Source: a bacterium (GTDB lineage: Bacteria > Patescibacteriota > Patescibacteriia > SBBB01). Taken from it: DNA of 64,000 nucleotides. The notes beneath the pieces were generated by a model. That model saw only the letters and a program-made list of their open reading frames with translations. It was not told the origin of the DNA and searched no databases. A program made the position numbers and the translations under genes. The DNA is taken from the NCBI GenBank assembly GCA_005239895.1, contig SBBB01000027.1, positions 376 to 64,375 of the forward strand, in the 5' to 3' direction. Each line of letters begins with the position of its first letter. The first letter of the stretch is position 1. Shown in pieces: positions 58,931 through 64,000 of the stretch.

Positions 58931-58972
58931 TAAAAGCTAAAAAGCTAAAAAGCTAAAAAGCTAAAAAGCTAA
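58931..58972. repeat. microsatellite (AAAAAGCT)x5
   Basis: Visible tandem 8-mer between the methyltransferase gene and yraN. Confidence 0.8.
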
Positions 58973-58980
58973 TTCCTAAT

Positions 58981-59358
58981 ATGTTAAATAATAATCAGAA
59001 ATTGGGTGCTTATGGTGAATCTTTAGCTGAACAATATCTTGAGCAAAAGGGTTATAAGATTTTAGAAAAAAATTTTAGAAGCAAATTTGGCGAGATTGAT
59101 TTGATTGCCAGGCATTTAAATGTTTTAGTATTTATTGAAGTTAAAACTCGCGTTAATCGATCGTACGGTCTTCCCGAAGAAGCTATTCATAAAAAGAAAC
59201 AATTAAGCTTATTAAAAACTTCTAAATACTATTTGCTAAAAAATAATTTAAAGGATGTTATTTGTCGTATTGATGCTGTGGCGTGTGAATTTATGGACGA
59301 TGACCTGACAAGGTTTACTTTGCGTCATTTTGAAAATATAATAAATGATAATCATTAA
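58981..59358 (+). CDS. yraN: YraN-family (UPF0102) endonuclease
   Basis: GAYGESLAEQYLEQKGYKILEKNFRSKFGEIDLIA...VFIEVKTR. Confidence 0.8.
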   Translation: MLNNNQKLGAYGESLAEQYLEQKGYKILEKNFRSKFGEIDLIARHLNVLVFIEVKTRVNRSYGLPEEAIHKKKQLSLLKTSKYYLLKNNLKDVICRIDAVACEFMDDDLTRFTLRHFENIINDNH

Positions 59359-59362
59359 AAAT

Positions 59363-59824
59363 ATGTTATATATTGGAGCGGATCATAGAGGTTTTGGTTT
59401 AAAAAAGATCATAAAAATCTATTTAACAAAGCTGGGTTATAGTTTTAAAGATTTAGGCAATACTAAGCTTGATAAAACTGATGATTATCCAGATTTTGCC
59501 AAATTAGTTGCCCTGGCAGTTAGTAAGAATCCCGAAAAAAATCGTGGCATTGTTATATGTGGATCAGGAGCGGGTGTTTGTATTACGGCTAATAAAATTA
59601 AAAAAATCAGAGCAGGTTTGGCTACTAATGTTAATATGGCTAAAGCTGAAAAGGCAGACGACAATATTAATGTGTTATGTATTGCGGCTGATAGCACCAC
59701 AGCGGTTATGACTAAAAAAATAATCAAAACATGGTTGTCAACTAAATTTGCTGGCTACAAGCGATATAAAAGAAGAATTAAAAAAATAATTAGGATAGAA
59801 AATCGCAAGGACGTTAGTGTTTAA
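59363..59824 (+). CDS. rpiB: ribose-5-phosphate isomerase B
   Basis: MLYIGADHRGF ... IVICGSGAGVCITANK. ATG at 59363 chosen. Confidence 0.85.
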   Translation: MLYIGADHRGFGLKKIIKIYLTKLGYSFKDLGNTKLDKTDDYPDFAKLVALAVSKNPEKNRGIVICGSGAGVCITANKIKKIRAGLATNVNMAKAEKADDNINVLCIAADSTTAVMTKKIIKTWLSTKFAGYKRYKRRIKKIIRIENRKDVSV

Positions 59825-59892
59825 CAGAAATTTTGCATATTTTTGCGCGCCCCATGATCATTCTTCCCATATTAATGAATAATAAAATAAAT

Positions 59893-60525
59893 ATGATAAT
59901 CATTCCAGCTATTTTAACTAAAGACGAAAATACACTAAAACAAGAATTATTAGCTTTAGAGCAAAACCTATTGATTAAATGGTCCCAAATTGATATTATG
60001 GATAATGCTTTCGTGCCTTATAGTAGTATAAGTTTAGGGTTTTTTAAAAATATTTCAACTCGATTATTTTTAGAAGCTCATTTAATGGTTATTAAACCTG
60101 ACGATTATTTGAATTTATGTTACGAGGGTGGATTTAAGAGAGTAATTTTTCATATTGAATCTCAGGTTGAATCATTGGAATTTATTAAAAGGGTTAAATT
60201 ATTAGGATTAGAAGTTGGAGTGGCTTTGAACCCCGAAACACCATGTTCAAAAATTGAACCCTTGATACCATATGTAGATTTAGTTTTATTTTTAGGAGTG
60301 CATCCTGGTCAGCAAGGGCAAACATTTGTTAAAGATGTGTTGACCAAGATTAAAGAATTTCGGAAGAGTTATCCCCATGTTTTAATATCCGTGGATGGAG
60401 GGGTGCATTTAGATAATGTGCATGATTTTAATCAGAGCGGAGTGAACATGGTTATAATGGGTAGTGCTTTATGGAAAAATAATGAATTAAATTCTAATTT
60501 AATTAAAGCTTACAATAGTTTATAA
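59893..60525 (+). CDS. rpe: ribulose-phosphate 3-epimerase
   Basis: IIPAILTKD ... IDIMDNAFVP ... HLMV ... VDGGV. ATG at 59893 chosen. Confidence 0.85.
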   Translation: MIIIPAILTKDENTLKQELLALEQNLLIKWSQIDIMDNAFVPYSSISLGFFKNISTRLFLEAHLMVIKPDDYLNLCYEGGFKRVIFHIESQVESLEFIKRVKLLGLEVGVALNPETPCSKIEPLIPYVDLVLFLGVHPGQQGQTFVKDVLTKIKEFRKSYPHVLISVDGGVHLDNVHDFNQSGVNMVIMGSALWKNNELNSNLIKAYNSL

Positions 60526-60534
60526 TATTTTTTT

Positions 60535-61164
60535 ATGAAAATACTGAGCAAAGTTACTTGTTTTGGATATTCAGGTAGTAAGGTTACCGATAGTATATAT
60601 CAAGAAGTTTATGATGTGGCTAATTTGATTGCTAAAGAGGGTTTAACTATTGTGAATGGTGGTTTTGAGGGTATTATGGAGGCCGTGAGTCATGGCGCTA
60701 GAGTTGCGGGTGGGCATGTTATTGGAGTTACATTTTATCCCAAAGAAGCTACGCACTTTGAAGGTGGAACCTTAAGTCCCAACCCCTGGATTGATGAAGA
60801 AATTAAAACCCCTCATTATGTTGCTCGAACCTTAAAATTAATTGAATTAGGTGAAATATATATTGTGTTTAATGGTGGAACTGGAACCATTTCGGAGTTT
60901 GGTTTAGCTTGGGGTTTAGCTAGAATTTATTATGGAAGACATAAGCCTTTGATTTTGTACGGCGATTTTTGGCATGATATTATAGAAACGTTTCAAAGAA
61001 ATATGTTTTTGCGCAAAGAAGATCTTAAAGCAATTAAAATTGTCATTACACCCGAAGAAGTTGTAAAAGCTCTTAGGGTTTATGATAAAATTTTAGTGAA
61101 ACGCAGACAAGAATCAGGTGCTAATTTTCGAGGAGTTAGCCCTGAAGATCCATTTAATATATGA
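60535..61164 (+). CDS. LOG-family (TIGR00730) Rossmann-fold nucleotide-binding protein
   Basis: GGFEGIMEAVSHGA (GGGxGxMxA-type) and PGGxGTxxE-like motif. Confidence 0.75.
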   Translation: MKILSKVTCFGYSGSKVTDSIYQEVYDVANLIAKEGLTIVNGGFEGIMEAVSHGARVAGGHVIGVTFYPKEATHFEGGTLSPNPWIDEEIKTPHYVARTLKLIELGEIYIVFNGGTGTISEFGLAWGLARIYYGRHKPLILYGDFWHDIIETFQRNMFLRKEDLKAIKIVITPEEVVKALRVYDKILVKRRQESGANFRGVSPEDPFNI

Positions 61165-61195
61165 CACCTGATACCTGATATTTAACATTATATTT

Positions 61196-63208
61196 ATGAA
61201 TTTTGCTGAATTAGCTCGAAAATTAAATATACTGCCAAATGATTTGCGAGACAAATTACCAGTCTTAGGTTTTGATATTGGTCGCAAGGCTGTTAAAGTA
61301 GACGACCGTATCGCGTTAAGAATATTAAATGAATGGCCGGTTTTAAGTAAGAGGTTTGCGCCAGTTGAAGAAGTTGACCGCAGCCAAATTCAAGAGCAGG
61401 TTCTTAAAAGTATTGTTAAATTACCACTGGTTTTAACTGTTAAAGAATTATCGCAAAAATTACAAATTCCATTATCAAAACTTATGGTAGAGTTGATGAA
61501 TAATAGAATTTTAGCGTCTTTAAATGAGCGCATAGATTTTGAGACTGCTAGTATTATTGCTCAAGATTTTGGTATTAAAGTTGAATTAGAAGAAGAGGTG
61601 GTAGATGATCATTTAGATCAATCTGGGGCCGACTTGGCAAGTAAAATTGATTCTCGTTTGGCTGGTATTAAAAAAGAGCAATTAAAAGTTCGTCCTCCTA
61701 TTGTGGTATTTATGGGTCACGTTGATCACGGTAAAACAACTTTATTGGATGCTATTCGTAGTACAAATATTGTTACTAAAGAAGCTGGGCGTATTACGCA
61801 GCATATTGGAGCGTATCAAGTTAGTAAACAAGGAAGATTAATAACATTTTTAGACACACCTGGTCATGAAGTGTTTATGGCTATGAGATCGCGGGGAGCT
61901 AAAATTGCAGATGTGGCTGTTTTAGTTGTGGCAGCGGATGATGGAATTCAAGAACAAACCAAAGAAGTTGTTAAAATTATTGAGGCTGCGAAAATTCCCG
62001 TATTGGTTGCGATTAATAAAATAGATAAACCCACGGCCAATATTCAATTAGTAAAAAGTGGCTTAGCGGAATTAAATTTAACTCCGGAAGAATTCGGTGG
62101 GCACACTATTTGTGTTCCTGTATCAGCAAAAGCTAAGACTGGAATTGACGAATTGCTGGATATGATTTTATTTGTAGCTGATTCTTTAAAAGATGAATTA
62201 TTGGTAAATTATGACGACAAAGTTTTGGGTACGGTTATTGAATCTTATATTGATCCTCGCGAAGGCGTTTCCACAACTATAATTGTGCAGCATGGCACTT
62301 TGCATGCTAAAGATTCCATTGTTATTGCGGGAAATTTGTATGGCAAAATTAAAGCTTTAAAGAATTTTTTAAATGAACCTGTTAAAAAAGCTGGACCTTC
62401 TATGCCTGTAAAAATTTTAGGATTAAAAGCTTGCCCAGCTGTCGGAGAAATAGTAGAAACTGAAACTGCAAATATAAAATTAGAGACCGTAGCTAAGCAA
62501 AAACTGGCTTCCAAATCCATGGAATTACATAAAACATCTTGGCAAGAAGTTCAATCTGGGAAACCTAGCGCTGTTAAATCTAAGATTAGTGAGTCTGATT
62601 TTAAAATTTTAAATATTGTGCTTAAAGCCGACAAATATGGATCTTTAGAAGCTATTATTACTTCTTTGGATAAATTTAATATTGAAAAACCCAAATTAAA
62701 AATAATTAGCAGTGGTTTAGGTAATATACATGAGAATGATATTTTAAAAGCCAAAGCGTCCAACGCTATTATAGTTGGTTTTCATATTAATATTACTCAA
62801 AATGTTTTAAAAATTATTGATGATCAAAAAGTTGAAGCTAAGACCTACGATGTTATTTACAATCTTTTGGATGATGTTTCTAAAAATTTAGATAAATTAG
62901 CTGGGCAAGTTTTGACAAAAATCGAGGTTGGAAAATTATTGGTTAAAAAAATATTTAGAGATAATGGTAAAGTGTGTTTATTGGGTGGAGTTGTTCAGAG
63001 TGGACAGGTGGAAAACAAATTAAAATTTAATGTTCAAAGAAGTTCAGGCGATATAATCACAGGATCAATTTTAAGTATGCGCTCTGGAGCGGAGGATGTT
63101 TCTTTAGTTGTTACGAATGAAGAATGTGGAATACAAGTAAAAAGTAACAGTCCTTTAAAATCCGGCGATGTATTAGAAATATATAGAGAAGAAATGGTCC
63201 AAGCCTAA
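61196..63208 (+). CDS. infB: translation initiation factor IF-2
   Basis: G domain VVFMGHVDHGKTTLLD, DTPGH, NKID. C-terminal beta-barrels. Confidence 0.95.
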   Translation: MNFAELARKLNILPNDLRDKLPVLGFDIGRKAVKVDDRIALRILNEWPVLSKRFAPVEEVDRSQIQEQVLKSIVKLPLVLTVKELSQKLQIPLSKLMVELMNNRILASLNERIDFETASIIAQDFGIKVELEEEVVDDHLDQSGADLASKIDSRLAGIKKEQLKVRPPIVVFMGHVDHGKTTLLDAIRSTNIVTKEAGRITQHIGAYQVSKQGRLITFLDTPGHEVFMAMRSRGAKIADVAVLVVAADDGIQEQTKEVVKIIEAAKIPVLVAINKIDKPTANIQLVKSGLAELNLTPEEFGGHTICVPVSAKAKTGIDELLDMILFVADSLKDELLVNYDDKVLGTVIESYIDPREGVSTTIIVQHGTLHAKDSIVIAGNLYGKIKALKNFLNEPVKKAGPSMPVKILGLKACPAVGEIVETETANIKLETVAKQKLASKSMELHKTSWQEVQSGKPSAVKSKISESDFKILNIVLKADKYGSLEAIITSLDKFNIEKPKLKIISSGLGNIHENDILKAKASNAIIVGFHINITQNVLKIIDDQKVEAKTYDVIYNLLDDVSKNLDKLAGQVLTKIEVGKLLVKKIFRDNGKVCLLGGVVQSGQVENKLKFNVQRSSGDIITGSILSMRSGAEDVSLVVTNEECGIQVKSNSPLKSGDVLEIYREEMVQA

Positions 63209-63210
63209 TA

Positions 63211-63262
63211 GGATTGCAGGCGGGAATCCAGATTTATGCGTGAATTTCGAATTTCGAATTTT
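63211..63262. repeat. partial MITE-like element (GGATTGCAGGCGGGAATCCAG...) plus GAATTTC microrepeats
   Basis: Shares the GCGGGAATCCAG module with 38757 and 55538. Confidence 0.45.
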
Positions 63263-63267
63263 GAATT

Positions 63268-63846
63268 ATGAATATGGAAAAAAAGTTTACACCACCAGAA
63301 GGCTCTGAAATCTTAATAAGAAATCTTGAAAGAAGGCAAGATTTTTTGGCGCGTGTAAGCCATAAGGAAAAAGAAGAAATACCAGAGATTGTAATTAAAG
63401 ATACTTTTCTGCGTTTTTTAAAGCAAAAATACAAAAATTTAAGTGAAGATGAAATTCATGATTTGAATAATCGAGTTTTTATGATGTTAAACAGAGCTGC
63501 TTCTATTGCTAATAAAAAACAAGATACAGCTCCAGTTACTTCTATGTTTTCCTTTACTAAAAAAGGTGTAGTTGGTATTTTAGAAAAAGAATATCAGGAA
63601 TTCAAAAATCAAATGAAGAGTATCATTGAATTATGCGAACAATACAAAGTGTCTCTAAAATCTATTACTGGTATGCAATATGGTTTGGGTATGCCTGATA
63701 TTGTTGAGCTTACAAAATTAGTTCAATGGTGCAAAGATAAGGGTATAGATTTAAAGTCCATTACTGGCATGCAGAATGGTTTGGGTACGCCTGACGTTGC
63801 AAGACGAATAGAATTATTAAAGTTAATAAAAAGATCTACTGTTTAA
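63268..63846 (+). CDS. hypothetical protein with internal ~20-aa repeat
   Basis: LKSITGMQYGLGMPDIVELTKL / LKSITGMQNGLGTPDVARRIELLKL. Confidence 0.35.
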   Translation: MNMEKKFTPPEGSEILIRNLERRQDFLARVSHKEKEEIPEIVIKDTFLRFLKQKYKNLSEDEIHDLNNRVFMMLNRAASIANKKQDTAPVTSMFSFTKKGVVGILEKEYQEFKNQMKSIIELCEQYKVSLKSITGMQYGLGMPDIVELTKLVQWCKDKGIDLKSITGMQNGLGTPDVARRIELLKLIKRSTV

Positions 63847-64000
63847 CAAAAGAATACTTGTTGTGCATGTATTTTAATCAATAAAATCAATAAAAACTCA
63901 ATATTATTTATTTGGAGAAGGTTTAATTATTGTGTTGGCTTTAAGCTGTAGTGTTGCGTTAAATACTAATTGTAATAGGAATAATAATTGCACACGCTTC

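Noticed and set aside
1-64000. Alternative genetic code (TGA as Gly/Trp, as in some CPR lineages)
   Set aside because: Long ORFs are intact under the standard code and TGA is used as a genuine stop (for example 11718-11720). The single in-frame TGA in the HD gene is therefore treated as a local lesion.

Overview
This 64-kb window is a low-GC (about 30-33% by eye) bacterial chromosome segment with strand-biased, tightly packed small genes. The gene content and architecture look like Candidate Phyla Radiation / Patescibacteria. The standard genetic code is used: TAA, TAG and TGA all serve as stops, for example a TGA stop at 11718-11720.

Housekeeping backbone: pyrG, rny-ymdB, hup, an S1-domain protein, ftsH, rfbB/rfbD-like, nth, glyQS, aspS, scpB, dnaG-rpoD, map, xseB-xseA, yraN, rpiB, rpe, a LOG-family gene and infB. 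There are three clean tRNAs, Ala-CGC, Leu-TAA and Asn-GTT, plus one tRNA-like gene interrupted in the anticodon loop.

Accessory content:
1. A type IV pilus / T4SS-like block: PilM, two unknown proteins, a PrgI-like protein, a VirB4-like ATPase that appears split into two ORFs, a secreted protein, and ComFC.
2. Two paralogous two-gene modules, each a small ORF followed by an AbiEii/DUF1814-type nucleotidyltransferase. One sits inside an 86-bp direct-repeat (duplicated promoter) bracket; the other lies next to a patatin-like phospholipase.
3. A higher-GC, Shine-Dalgarno-rich island after tRNA-Asn with PDT/LysA/DapL-like amino-acid-biosynthesis genes, introduced by a triplicated tRNA 3' end.
4. 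A dispersed family of GC-rich palindromic MITE-like elements built on ATTCCC-N8-GGGAAT cores, with four copies in the window.
5. Two families of REP-like terminator hairpins.
6. An HD-domain gene with an in-frame TGA.
7. Several internally repeated proteins.

No CRISPR array, integrase or transposase ORF was seen.
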